A stretch of DNA of 64,000 bases from Dehalococcoidia bacterium (GCA_009619075.1 WJOY01000027.1:662-64661); one strand, 5' to 3'. Positions 52,070 through 61,731 are shown, counted from the first letter of the stretch. Made by a program: numbers and translations. Notes: a model not told the origin generated them from the letters alone.

Positions 52070-52882
52070 TTACTTTTCAGCGAGGATCTCTACTTGAGGG
52101 GCAAGGAGGCTGGCTAAATGGGGAATATGCAACCACTGGAAAACTTTGGCTATGAAACGTCTCTTTTTCGGTAAAATTACATCGGAGTTTTTTATCTTTT
52201 CTGTCGTGAGATTTCTGACGTTTTTGATATTTGCTTCCTTTAGCACCCTTAGGATTGAATATAGTGTTGTATAATTGAGGCTATAAAGGTATGAGCTTTC
52301 TTTCCTTCTAATTCTTAGGATTAGCTTACCAAGTTTCTTAGGGCACAAGGGGATCCACATGATCCGATAATGTCCCTCATAAGGAAAAAGATAATTTGGC
52401 GTGGTTATATACAGCAAGCCTCGTGATTTCAAAACCCTGACCATCTCTTTAATAATAGCAGCAGGGTTTTGTGTATGCTCTAAAACTTGATGACAAGTCA
52501 CAATGTCAAAAACATCATCCCTAAAGGGCAGTTTTTCACCTGTACCTACGCACAACATTTTTCTCATTCCATTCAGTTTGAGATATATTTTGCAAAGCTC
52601 AATCCGTGACTGGTCAGGTTCTATTCCTAATGTCGTTGCTCCTGCCTTATTAGCAAATACGATAAACCCCCCAAAACCACTGCCCACATCCAATATCCTT
52701 TTGTGCCTTAGCTGGGTATACCTCTCTAGTTCTTCTACTCTATCTTTTCCATCTTTCCCCACTATTTTCTCTTTAATCACTTGTTTTTTAATCAAACTTG
52801 ACCACCCCAATTGATCCCCAAGCTCTTCATAGTATCTTTCGATTCTCTCTTTAAATTCCAACTTCAAAGCTTCAATGCTCAC
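52070..52882 (-). CDS. class I SAM-dependent methyltransferase
   Basis: 270 aa with ILDVGSGFGGF and FDIVTCHQVLEH. Confidence 0.8.
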   Translation of the reverse strand: MSIEALKLEFKERIERYYEELGDQLGWSSLIKKQVIKEKIVGKDGKDRVEELERYTQLRHKRILDVGSGFGGFIVFANKAGATTLGIEPDQSRIELCKIYLKLNGMRKMLCVGTGEKLPFRDDVFDIVTCHQVLEHTQNPAAIIKEMVRVLKSRGLLYITTPNYLFPYEGHYRIMWIPLCPKKLGKLILRIRRKESSYLYSLNYTTLYSILRVLKEANIKNVRNLTTEKIKNSDVILPKKRRFIAKVFQWLHIPHLASLLAPQVEILAEK

Positions 52883-52891
52883 AGCTCATAT

Positions 52892-54226
52892 CTAACCTAA
52901 TATCCTTTCTCGTAGTCTTGGCGGCAGTATGCGATATACCACAAATCTCAGGAGACTCATGAAAAGGGATTTTATTGAGTCTGCAATATGCAACAATCCC
53001 CACAGATGTCGCTTCGAGCTGAAATACGCTCCTATGTAGCACAGCGCGCCTTGTGGGTAAGCCACAGCCCTTGGCTTTGGTACCACTGGATTATAAGCAG
53101 GAGTTTCCTTCCTAAGCAATTCGAACAGAGACATCCGTGCCTTTACGGACTTCTTCCGGTACAAACTTCCTCGTTGAGCTTGTATCACCTGATTTTCAGT
53201 TATTATGGTTATCTCTATCCTCTTCTTTGCTAATGCTTTTTGGAGGAGCTTCTCCCCTACTTTAGTCCTAGACCCAATCAATGATTTGCCTATCTGCTCG
53301 CCTTTCAGTTCCCGCAACCAAGCATCGCCAAACGAAATATCTGCTAATTCACAATTTTGATCATAACACAGCATACAGCGCTTCGGATAAAAAAGAGACC
53401 CAAAGCTACTGCTATTCCAATATTCAGGAATAGAAAGGCAATTACCATCTTTCAGATTGATTCTCATCGTCACCCCGACACCTCCACCTCGGTAATTGAG
53501 TACTTCAATATCTTCCGTTTTAACCTTCATTTTATGGAGGATATACTTAGTGGCTATAAAGGAAGGGGTATGATTACAGAAAAGTCCGAGATGCAAAACT
53601 ACTTTGCTTTCTAACTTTTTATTGACCGCTTCAGCCTTCCTCACTCCATGAATATGACAGGGAAGCCCGACAACGGCAAATTTTTCGCCCTCTTTAGCCT
53701 TAAGGATTTCCTTTAATGCAACGTTAGCTGGCACCGGGCAATACTTGGATTTGGAGGCAGAGACAACCTCCTCTCTGGTTCTAGCAATGAAGGGCTCTGG
53801 TTCTAAAGGTTTATCTTTCTTCATTCTGGTAACCAAAGCACCATCAATTATCCCTTCCTCTAGGGCAAAAATCAGTAGCGCAGTTACCAAGCCACCAGAG
53901 GCAGAGTTGTACCTAATATCATAGTCAGTGGCGTGCCCAATATAGCAATTAAGGTAGGTTCCCAGAAGGATATCCTCGGGCTCCTTGCCAAAGATATTCA
54001 GGTTTAACTGTTTAAAATCAACGCTATGTCCCGGGCAGACGTCAAAGCAGAGTCCGCATTCAGTGCACCTTTCTTTATCTAGTTTAGGAACATAAATCCC
54101 CTTACGATGGTCTATGGCCAATTCAATAGCATCTTGCGGGCAAATACCGACACAGGTGCCGCAACCTGTACAGAGGCTAGCTTTAACTACCGATTCAATG
54201 GTCTTTTCGGTTTCAGTTTCTGACAT
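52892..54226 (-). CDS. FrhB/FdhB-like (coenzyme F420 hydrogenase beta-type) protein with 2x[4Fe-4S] ferredoxin domain
   Basis: 444 aa with CTGCGTCVGICP and CTECGLCFDVCP, followed by an FrhB-like body (VVGLPCHIHG). Confidence 0.75.
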   Translation of the reverse strand: MSETETEKTIESVVKASLCTGCGTCVGICPQDAIELAIDHRKGIYVPKLDKERCTECGLCFDVCPGHSVDFKQLNLNIFGKEPEDILLGTYLNCYIGHATDYDIRYNSASGGLVTALLIFALEEGIIDGALVTRMKKDKPLEPEPFIARTREEVVSASKSKYCPVPANVALKEILKAKEGEKFAVVGLPCHIHGVRKAEAVNKKLESKVVLHLGLFCNHTPSFIATKYILHKMKVKTEDIEVLNYRGGGVGVTMRINLKDGNCLSIPEYWNSSSFGSLFYPKRCMLCYDQNCELADISFGDAWLRELKGEQIGKSLIGSRTKVGEKLLQKALAKKRIEITIITENQVIQAQRGSLYRKKSVKARMSLFELLRKETPAYNPVVPKPRAVAYPQGALCYIGAYFSSKRHLWGLLHIADSIKSLFMSLLRFVVYRILPPRLRERILG

Positions 54227-54247
54227 GGCTAATCCTCCGTAAAAGTC

Positions 54248-55570
54248 TCAGTGAGTTTCAATTTGTCGTCTCCAAAGCTTGCAACCCGTTACGACTGCCA
54301 CCACTGCCTGACTCACAAGCCAGGCAATGCCCGCCCCTATAATTCCCATTCGGGGTAGCAAAACATGACTTAATGCCAAAGTAGCGACTGCTATAAAGGC
54401 GCTTAAACCTATGACGCCTTTCATCTTCATCTCTACCCTTTTTATGCTGAAGTAAATATAATTTAAACTTACCGGAAGGGCAGAGATGGCTAAAATCCTG
54501 AGAAGCCTGGTGGCATTCTCAGAGTAGACGGCGCCAAAGAAAAGAAGAATCTTGTCTCCTAAAAAGAAGATTATAATTATCGCCGGGATGAGGAGAAAAA
54601 GGATAAGCCTTAAACTTCTTTTGATATCACTAGCTAACCTTTCCTCATTATGTGAACCCTCGGCAAGTAGTGAAAATGATGCAGCCAGGGGAATCATAAA
54701 CAATACACTTGCAATGGCCCGAGCGATGTAAAAGTAGGCATTTTGCTCAGCTCCAAGTAGGTTTACCACCATGAGAGGAAGAACATAAGTGGGAATTGCC
54801 CAAAGTATATTGGCGGCATAGTTGACAAAGGAAAAGTGCATCATATCGTTTATTGCCTGTCTCCTTATAGTAGGCACAGGGCGATAGCCAGCCTGAACTT
54901 TAGGGAGGAAAAGAAAAATGCCAATTGCTACCGCTACTGATGCAGCAATTCCCCAGGAGGCAAAGATGCCGAAGGTATGGAAGAGCGCTGCTAGAGCTAC
55001 AAGCGGGATAAATCTCAAAAGACCAAAGGTTAAGCCCTGTGCCAGGGCAAAGCCTGCTTTGCGTTTAGCGACAAACGTTTGCTGCGTAAAGCTCTGAAAA
55101 GTAATGGCACCAGCAAAGATTATAAAGGCAGCAAAAAATACCGGGTGCTCTCGAATCGGAAGCAGCGCTGGCGACCAGAAAGGAAGTCCAGCGAGGAAGA
55201 TGAGGGATAGGGCTATCGAGGTAAGCCCGCCTATGGTAAAGCAGGAATTTATCATGTCTCTGCTCTTCTCGCCGGCTTTAGGCAAAAAGCGAATAAGCCC
55301 ATAGGTAAGCCCCAAGGTAGAGAGCACAGCCAGCAAACTCATTGCTGAGATAGCTGCCGAGGCGAGCCCAACACCTTCCACGGGATAAAGCCTGGCGGCT
55401 ACTGCCCAGAAGAAGAAGCCGGTGAGGGCGAGGATGGCGGAGTTGAGCATAAGGTAGACCGCATTGCGGTAAAGGGAAATGCCATAAAGCGACTTAAGCC
55501 CTTCCCTGGGGGAGCGGACAATTCCTAAGGCATCAAGGAAGGTTGCCCTGATGAACGAAAGCGGTTTCAT
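54248..55570 (-). CDS. wzx: Wzx-like oligosaccharide flippase (MOP superfamily)
   Basis: 440 aa with about 12-14 TM segments, in a polysaccharide-biosynthesis context. Confidence 0.75.
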   Translation of the reverse strand: MKPLSFIRATFLDALGIVRSPREGLKSLYGISLYRNAVYLMLNSAILALTGFFFWAVAARLYPVEGVGLASAAISAMSLLAVLSTLGLTYGLIRFLPKAGEKSRDMINSCFTIGGLTSIALSLIFLAGLPFWSPALLPIREHPVFFAAFIIFAGAITFQSFTQQTFVAKRKAGFALAQGLTFGLLRFIPLVALAALFHTFGIFASWGIAASVAVAIGIFLFLPKVQAGYRPVPTIRRQAINDMMHFSFVNYAANILWAIPTYVLPLMVVNLLGAEQNAYFYIARAIASVLFMIPLAASFSLLAEGSHNEERLASDIKRSLRLILFLLIPAIIIIFFLGDKILLFFGAVYSENATRLLRILAISALPVSLNYIYFSIKRVEMKMKGVIGLSAFIAVATLALSHVLLPRMGIIGAGIAWLVSQAVVAVVTGCKLWRRQIETH

Positions 55571-55630
55571 CGTCCTAAATCCTATGTCCTAGGTTCAATG
55601 TTCTAGGGTTGGGCTCTAACCTCAACCTCG

Positions 55631-56317
55631 CTATGCTAGGTCTTCCACACTGCCTATGTCAATCCAGGATTCAGTGAAGGGGTAGGCGTGGACTTCATCC
55701 TTATCTATCAGGTAAGCAATAAAACTGCCCAGGTTATCTCTTTTGCCCCGCTGGCAATATTGGTGGAGGAGGGGAAATATCCGCTGAGGGAAGATGTAGC
55801 AGGCGGTAGCAACAAGGCTTGACTTGGGCTTGGCTGGCTTTTCCTGGAATTCAGCTATCCTGTGCCCATCTAGTTGCACCACGCCAAACTGGCTGGCCTT
55901 ACCTTTGTTGCCTATATCGTAAACAGCTACCAGAGTATGTTTGCCATCATATCTGGCTATGAATTGAGCCAAAGCGAACTCAAAATAGTTATCCCCGGCG
56001 ATAACCAAGAGGTCTTCGACTATTGGCTTATTTTCAATCCAGAAGTTAAGCGAGCCAACAGCGCCTAGCTTCTGGTCCTCGCTTAAAACTTCCTCTACCA
56101 AGATTTCCACCTTTCTGTTTATTGTTCGTTGCCATTGATGAAAATCAGCCTCAAACTTCTTGTTGGTGTTAACCATGATGTCTATATTTTTGGGAATCTT
56201 ATCCACGATATGGCTTATTATCAGTTTGCCTTTATATCCCAGTAAGGCTTTTGCCCGGTTGATGGTCAAGGGATATAACCTGGTGCCAAAGCCGCCGGCA
56301 AGGATTAAACACTTCAT
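55631..56317 (-). CDS. sugar-phosphate nucleotidyltransferase
   Basis: 228 aa with MKCLILAGGFGTRLYPLT. It overlaps the aglB-like gene end by 4 nt. Confidence 0.8.
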   Translation of the reverse strand: MKCLILAGGFGTRLYPLTINRAKALLGYKGKLIISHIVDKIPKNIDIMVNTNKKFEADFHQWQRTINRKVEILVEEVLSEDQKLGAVGSLNFWIENKPIVEDLLVIAGDNYFEFALAQFIARYDGKHTLVAVYDIGNKGKASQFGVVQLDGHRIAEFQEKPAKPKSSLVATACYIFPQRIFPLLHQYCQRGKRDNLGSFIAYLIDKDEVHAYPFTESWIDIGSVEDLA

Positions 56318-58659
56318 TGGACATACTCAAATATTTTTACCGCTGGCTTGCCTTGCCATTTCTGTGCTGAGGTATAAACCAGCTGGTAATGCGTCATTTC
56401 TTCCAGGGGCACAGGGCTGGTAAAGGGGTCTGTGCCTACTATTTTATAATTTCCCAATTCCTGGCTTGAGATGTAAGCTTCGGCCTCTTCATAGGTAGAA
56501 AAGGATTCTGAGCCGGTGATTTCTTTATACCACACTCCCTCCCGGCTCAGCTTTTCCTCATAGGAAATTACTAATGTTTCTTCGGGAACCACAGCTTTGC
56601 CATCGAAGTTATAAAGCCTGACAACCATAGAACGATAGTAAGCGGGATAAAAGAGGTTTAGTGGCTTTAACTCGCCGCCTTGAACTGGCTGGTAGTAAGT
56701 TTCGTAGAACTCATCCTGGCTGCTGCCAGCCCATGTTGGCATGGCATAGAATTTCGTGGTGGGCATGGCATCATCGATTATGACATATTTTGAGTCTAGC
56801 TGGTCTATTATCTGGCTGGACGCATCCTCATCCTGAGAGAGGAAGTAGTAACTAGTTTGCTCGGCACGCCAGCCCCCGCCTGGGTTTTGATTGGCTGGGC
56901 GGTAGGCAACACGGGCTATCCAGTGACCATAATCCCACCAGGATAGGACACCATAGGCAGTTTCAGGATATTTAAAGCTATGTCTTGGCGGATATAGCTC
57001 ATAATAGAAATCAGGGTCACCGAAGGGCTCGGGGCTGTTATCCTTGAGCCACTCAAGCGAGCTATACCAGGCACGGTCGATGAGAGATGGCTCCTGGGCA
57101 AGGGCCTTAGCTTTTCCAATATTCGGAAAAAAGACCAAGAAGAAGACAACCACTCCGGCCACAATCACCCTTATCCAGGTGGCTCTGCGCTGCCGCAGTG
57201 TCTTTTCTCTTGCCCTCGCTTCAGTTTTTCTTTTTTTCTTGACTTTCTTGACCACTTCGACTACCGCTGCAGGCGGGGCAAGCAATTCTTTTAAGCCAGC
57301 AAAGTCCAGGATTCTCCAAGAGAAATATCCGGTGAGCAAGGCAGCATTTATGGCGAAATAGTAACTGAAGCGGCGCTGACTCAAAACTGCTGCCAGCATG
57401 ATGATGCTCCACACCAGGAATAGCGTTTTATCAGTGCTTTCTTCTTTGATATTGCGGTAAATGAGCCAGCCGAGTGAAATGAAGGAGATGAAGAAGGCGG
57501 TGGTAAAGTTGAACCAGGCTATCTGAAAAGAGAAACTGCCATAGGGAAAGAGAAGAGGATGCACCTCCAGAACAGTCAGCATGGCTCCGCCCGGGATGAA
57601 GACGCCAAAAAATATGCTGAACATGGAATGAAACAAAGAGGGATTGATGGCATAGAAAACAGCAAAGCCAATTCCAGCAAGTCCAAATAGTACTAAGGGG
57701 TAGTAGGCAGGCTTTATGGCTTTATATGTCAGAAGATAGGAAATACCTCTCAAGGCTATGGGTGACAGTATGGCAACCAGGAACGAGGCATGATAGATAG
57801 AAGTTAGTCCGCCTCTAGATAGAAAGGGGAGAACCATTATGAAAGAGATAAGGAAAGTCAGGAAGCCGATGATACAGAGGTAATCAGTTGATTTATGCCT
57901 CAGATGGTCTATGATGAATTGAATTACCAGCCAGGTGAAGATAATAAAGACAACCAATAGACCACCTACCCAGGTGAGAAGATAGATGCCGAGGAAGATG
58001 CCAGCTAATAAAGTGTAAATGAGGGGCTTGGTAATGACTGACCAGTTTCTGTTTACCAGATGACCAAATGATATATTCCTTTCCCTGGCTTGTTTAAGGG
58101 CTAGAATCAAAAACAATATGGTCACAGTGGTAAACAAACTCTCGGCTACGTGGTGGTCGGTGAAGCCAAGGAGGGAGCGATTCAAAAACTCGCCGGGCAA
58201 GAGGGCAAGCAAGGCAGCCGATAGCAAGCCCACCCAGCGGTTAAACAGTTCCTTGCCAATGAAATACACCGGAATGAGTGTCAGGGTGCCCAGGACAGGC
58301 GGGATATAGGCGCCAACGACATCTATAGTATGCTGGGTTGGCGAACCCAGGCCAACCAGCCAGGCACTGCCAGCAACAAGCCAGTCAAAAAATGGCATGG
58401 ATGCCCAGGCACCACCGTCAGGATAATAGATATATGGGTCGTAATGTATCAAGTGAGGGAAATGGTGGACTAGATTATCCACCAATCTCATGTGATACCA
58501 GGGGTCAACACCTTTGAACCAGACTGAGCCATTGACGAAAACCTGGTCGTAGGGCAGAGCTATGCGTATGTATAATGAGATGCCACAGAGAATGAGCAGG
58601 ACTATGCCAGCTATGGCTGCAGGAGGGAGTTTGCCTTTCTGACTTAGTTGCGCACTCAC
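56314..58659 (-). CDS. aglB: STT3/AglB-type oligosaccharyltransferase
   Basis: 781 aa with about 13 TM segments and a C-terminal soluble domain. Motifs are WWDYG (codons at 56926-56940), N-terminal GVDPWYHMRLVDN (compare the eukaryotic DPYFNYR loop), GFTDHHVAES and TVLE (TIXE-like). Confidence 0.85.
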   Translation of the reverse strand: MSAQLSQKGKLPPAAIAGIVLLILCGISLYIRIALPYDQVFVNGSVWFKGVDPWYHMRLVDNLVHHFPHLIHYDPYIYYPDGGAWASMPFFDWLVAGSAWLVGLGSPTQHTIDVVGAYIPPVLGTLTLIPVYFIGKELFNRWVGLLSAALLALLPGEFLNRSLLGFTDHHVAESLFTTVTILFLILALKQARERNISFGHLVNRNWSVITKPLIYTLLAGIFLGIYLLTWVGGLLVVFIIFTWLVIQFIIDHLRHKSTDYLCIIGFLTFLISFIMVLPFLSRGGLTSIYHASFLVAILSPIALRGISYLLTYKAIKPAYYPLVLFGLAGIGFAVFYAINPSLFHSMFSIFFGVFIPGGAMLTVLEVHPLLFPYGSFSFQIAWFNFTTAFFISFISLGWLIYRNIKEESTDKTLFLVWSIIMLAAVLSQRRFSYYFAINAALLTGYFSWRILDFAGLKELLAPPAAVVEVVKKVKKKRKTEARAREKTLRQRRATWIRVIVAGVVVFFLVFFPNIGKAKALAQEPSLIDRAWYSSLEWLKDNSPEPFGDPDFYYELYPPRHSFKYPETAYGVLSWWDYGHWIARVAYRPANQNPGGGWRAEQTSYYFLSQDEDASSQIIDQLDSKYVIIDDAMPTTKFYAMPTWAGSSQDEFYETYYQPVQGGELKPLNLFYPAYYRSMVVRLYNFDGKAVVPEETLVISYEEKLSREGVWYKEITGSESFSTYEEAEAYISSQELGNYKIVGTDPFTSPVPLEEMTHYQLVYTSAQKWQGKPAVKIFEYVQ

Positions 58660-58722
58660 TTAACTACCTCTCAAACAAGATTTTACCACTTCTTAACGCT
58701 GTCTTGGCCAATTGAAGGTCGT

Positions 58723-58935
58723 TTATGCATATATGAGCTTGCCTTTAGGAATTGGTATTTCTCGCCCCAGTGTTCTTGCAGTTTCTATCCATTCAGAAAT
58801 AGTCACCTGAATATTTTTCAGCGCTTTTTCATAAGTCGCCCCATCGGCCATGCATCCCGGGAGTTCAGGGACCTCAGCTATATATGCTTCATCCTCCTCA
58901 CTCCAATAAACAATCACCTCATACTTATACATCAT
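58723..58935 (-). CDS. hicB: HicB-family antitoxin
   Basis: 70 aa with YIAEVPELPGCMADGATYEKALKNIQVTI. Confidence 0.8.
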   Translation of the reverse strand: MMYKYEVIVYWSEEDEAYIAEVPELPGCMADGATYEKALKNIQVTISEWIETARTLGREIPIPKGKLIYA

Positions 58936-59185
58936 CGCCCTCCTTATGAAGTTTATATCTTAGGATTATACTCCTTACTTGTTTAACCTGGTATGCCTTG
59001 GCTCTGCCATCTTTTAAAGGTTGTAAGTTTATGATTTCTACAACGCCAGCCTTGGTAAAAATATGATGGTCACCTTTGATTCGCTCGTTAAATCCCAGGC
59101 TCAAAATGAGGTTTCTTAACTCGCTAAATCTAATGTTTTTATCAGAAAGACCGGTTAGTACTTTGTCTAAAATCCTCTTGTCCAT
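58925..59185 (-). CDS. hicA: HicA-family toxin
   Basis: 86 aa with LSLGFNERIKGDHHIF. It overlaps hicB by 11 nt. Confidence 0.7.
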   Translation of the reverse strand: MDKRILDKVLTGLSDKNIRFSELRNLILSLGFNERIKGDHHIFTKAGVVEIINLQPLKDGRAKAYQVKQVRSIILRYKLHKEGDDV

Positions 59186-59274
59186 TGCCTTTCCTTAGTC
59201 AGCTAGCAAGCCAACATAGCCAGCGCCGATAACGATGATATCCATTATTCACATTATAGGCAAGCTAATAGGGA

Positions 59275-59472
59275 TAAAGCAATCTTTGGTAGAGGCGGGG
59301 ATGAACCCCGCCACTACGAAGGGAGATTGCCACGCGGAGCCTGTCCTGAGCTAGATTCTTCGATCGCTCCGCTCCCTCAGAATGACACAAAGTGGAGGGC
59401 TCAGAATGACAGGAAGCGAAGGGCTCGCAATGACAAGAAGCCATCTGGCGGGGATGAACCCCACCACTACTA
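59275..59472. repeat. composite repeat cluster abutting tRNA-Gly
   Basis: GGCGGGGATGAACCCCGCCACTAC (59294-59317), GAGCCTGTCCTGAG, CTCAGAATGACA twice, AGCGAAGGGCTCGCAATGACA and GGCGGGGATGAACCCCACCACTAC (59447-59470). These are reverse-orientation copies of the words at 33120-35166. Confidence 0.8.
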
Positions 59473-59490
59473 TGAGGGTAAAAACAAGAA

Positions 59491-59562
59491 AGCGGGTGAT
59501 GGGATTCGAACCCACGACGTCTTGCTTGGGAAGCAAGCACTCTACCGCTGAGTTACACCCGC
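59491..59562 (-). tRNA. tRNA-Gly (anticodon CCC)
   Basis: The minus strand reads GCGGGTGTAACTCAGCGGTAGAGTGCTTGCTTCCCAAGCAAGACGTCGTGGGTTCGAATCCCATCACCCGCT. The anticodon stem is CTTGC/GCAAG and the loop is TTCCCAA. Confidence 0.9.
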
Positions 59563-59662
59563 AATTAAATATATTATCAAACTAGAGGGGTGTCGGTGTC
59601 AAGGATGGCAAAAAAATTGGCTTATTGACCACCATTCAACATATAGTATAATAGGATTTGCT

Positions 59663-60706
59663 ATGACACAAATAAAAGCCGGCATTATAAATGTTAGCGG
59701 ATATGTGGGAAGTGAGTTAGCTCGCTTGCTCCATCAACATCCTCAAGTAGAGCTCAAGTCGGTTACCGGGCGAGGTGCCGCAGGTCAAAAGCTGGGTGAT
59801 GTTTTCCCGCATCTTGCCGATACTGGCCATTTAATAAAAACTGAGCTCGATAGCGATATCGACATTGCCTTCTCAGCGATGCCGCATAAAGCCAGTGTCG
59901 GTGTAGTGCCATCTTTGCTAAGGCAAGGCATCAAGGTTATCGATGTTAGCGCTGATTTCAGGCTAAAGAGTGCCGCTGAATATCCCAAATGGTATGGTTT
60001 CGACCATCCATCACCTGGACTACTACAGGAGGCAGTTTATGGCTTGCCTGAGCTGCACGGAGGGGAGATTGCCTCAGCATCTCTGGTGGCTAATCCTGGT
60101 TGCTATAGCACCGGCGCTATCCTGGCATTAGCACCAGTGGTTAAGGAGGGGCTCATTTACACTGATGTGATAATTGACAGCAAATCGGGTATCTCCGGTG
60201 CTGGTAGAACCCCGAGCCTGGCTACCCACTATTCTGAAGCCAATGAGAATACATGTGCTTATTCCCTTGAGGGTCATCGCCACCTACCTGAAATAGAACA
60301 AGAACTGAGAGGATTAAATCCTGGGCTTTCCTTATTGATAACCTTTGTGCCTCACCTGGTGCCAATGACCCGAGGGATATTAAGTTCTTGCTATGCCAAA
60401 TTAAAAGGTGGTAAACTAGCTGAGAGTGTCAAGGCTGAAGAAGAGCTGCAGCAGCTCTATCAGGAATTTTATAAAAATGCCCCCTTTGTTCGGGTAACAG
60501 ATAAGCCTCCGCAGACCAAACATGCTTGGGGAAATAACTTTTGCCTTATTTACCCTACTATCGATTTAAAGACCGGGAGGCTCATAGTTATTAGCTGCCT
60601 TGATAATCTAGTGAAGGGTGGGGCAGGGCAAGCTGTTCAGAATATGAATTTGATGTTTAATTTACCTGAGACAACTGGCCTTGAAGCTCTAGCTATTTGC
60701 CCTTAG
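59663..60706 (+). CDS. argC: N-acetyl-gamma-glutamyl-phosphate reductase
   Basis: 347 aa with GYVGSELARLL and the active-site block LVANPGCYSTG. Confidence 0.9.
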   Translation: MTQIKAGIINVSGYVGSELARLLHQHPQVELKSVTGRGAAGQKLGDVFPHLADTGHLIKTELDSDIDIAFSAMPHKASVGVVPSLLRQGIKVIDVSADFRLKSAAEYPKWYGFDHPSPGLLQEAVYGLPELHGGEIASASLVANPGCYSTGAILALAPVVKEGLIYTDVIIDSKSGISGAGRTPSLATHYSEANENTCAYSLEGHRHLPEIEQELRGLNPGLSLLITFVPHLVPMTRGILSSCYAKLKGGKLAESVKAEEELQQLYQEFYKNAPFVRVTDKPPQTKHAWGNNFCLIYPTIDLKTGRLIVISCLDNLVKGGAGQAVQNMNLMFNLPETTGLEALAICP

Positions 60707-60715
60707 AATGTTCTT

Positions 60716-60788
60716 GCCCCCATCGTCTAGTGGACTAGGACGTCAGCCTTTCAAGCTGAAGACAGGGGTTCGAATTCCCTTGGGGGCA
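60716..60788 (+). tRNA. tRNA-Glu (anticodon UUC)
   Basis: GCCCCCATCGTCTAGTGGACTAGGACGTCAGCCTTTCAAGCTGAAGACAGGGGTTCGAATTCCCTTGGGGGCA. The anticodon stem is TCAGC/GCTGA and the loop is CTTTCAA. Confidence 0.9.
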
Positions 60789-60996
60789 GTTTAACCTTTA
60801 GCGGTAACTTTCACGAAATACTAGTTCAGAGAGTTCCTTCCTGGGCGGTGTTTTTGCCTCTTTTGCAGGGTAACCTAAGGGAGTCATCTCAACTACGACT
60901 ATATTATGAGATCGGGTTTATAATGCCGAATGCTACGCCTTGTTTTTATTGCTTCAAGCACCTCCATTAGCCTTTTACCTACTTCCCAAGATTCTC

Positions 60997-61054
60997 GTAG
61001 TGCGACCCTTTAGGGTCGTGCACGAGGCTAAAGCCTCGCACTACATTTTTAAAC
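60997..61054. repeat. multi-hairpin repeat D, copy 2
   Basis: GTAGTGCGACCCTTTAGGGTCGTGCACGAGGCTAAAGCCTCGCACTAC followed by ATTTTTAAAC. It has the same orientation as the copy at 32278. Confidence 0.8.
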
Positions 61055-61068
61055 ACCCGCTATTTAAG

Positions 61069-61731
61069 TCATTCCTTCCAAGCGCCTTCACCGATAAGTG
61101 GCACAAAATAACAGGCACCAAGGTTCTCCACTTTGTTTCCTTCCTTGTCTTTGCTAATCTTCATCAGTTCTTGTTGCCAGTGAGAGCCTACCGGAATTAT
61201 CAATCGGCCACCCCATGATAGTTGTCCCAACAGGATTTGAGGAATGGAAGGAGCACCAGCAGAAACTATAATAGCATCATAGGGCGCATCTTCCAGCCAA
61301 CCCAGGGGCTTACCAGCGCTGTGAACTTCAACATTGGAGTAGCCAAGTTTTTCCAAAACTCGCTTAGCCGATTCTGCTAGCGCAGGTATAATTTCTACAG
61401 TAACTACTTGCTTGGCTAGCTCGGCTAATACAGCCGCTTCGTAGCCACTTCCTGTACCTAGCTCCAAGACCTTTTCGTCACCTTTAAGCTCTAGGGCCTG
61501 TATCATCAGAGCTACAATGAAAGGTTGGGAAATGGTTTGCCCAAAACCAATGCTTAACGGCCTATCCTCATAAGCGGCATGATAATACTCTTGAGGCACG
61601 AAGGCTTCACGTGGAACACGCTTCATGGCTTCAACCACACGCTTATCGGCAATCTCCCAAGTGAGATGTTTGATTAGCGCGGCTTTGGCTTTCTCTAAGT
61701 CCATGCCGGTCATGACAAAAAAATTAGCCAA
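61069..61731 (-). CDS. pcm: protein-L-isoaspartate O-methyltransferase
   Basis: 220 aa with blocks TISQPFIVALM and VLELGTGSGYEAA. Confidence 0.9.
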   Translation of the reverse strand: MANFFVMTGMDLEKAKAALIKHLTWEIADKRVVEAMKRVPREAFVPQEYYHAAYEDRPLSIGFGQTISQPFIVALMIQALELKGDEKVLELGTGSGYEAAVLAELAKQVVTVEIIPALAESAKRVLEKLGYSNVEVHSAGKPLGWLEDAPYDAIIVSAGAPSIPQILLGQLSWGGRLIIPVGSHWQQELMKISKDKEGNKVENLGACYFVPLIGEGAWKE

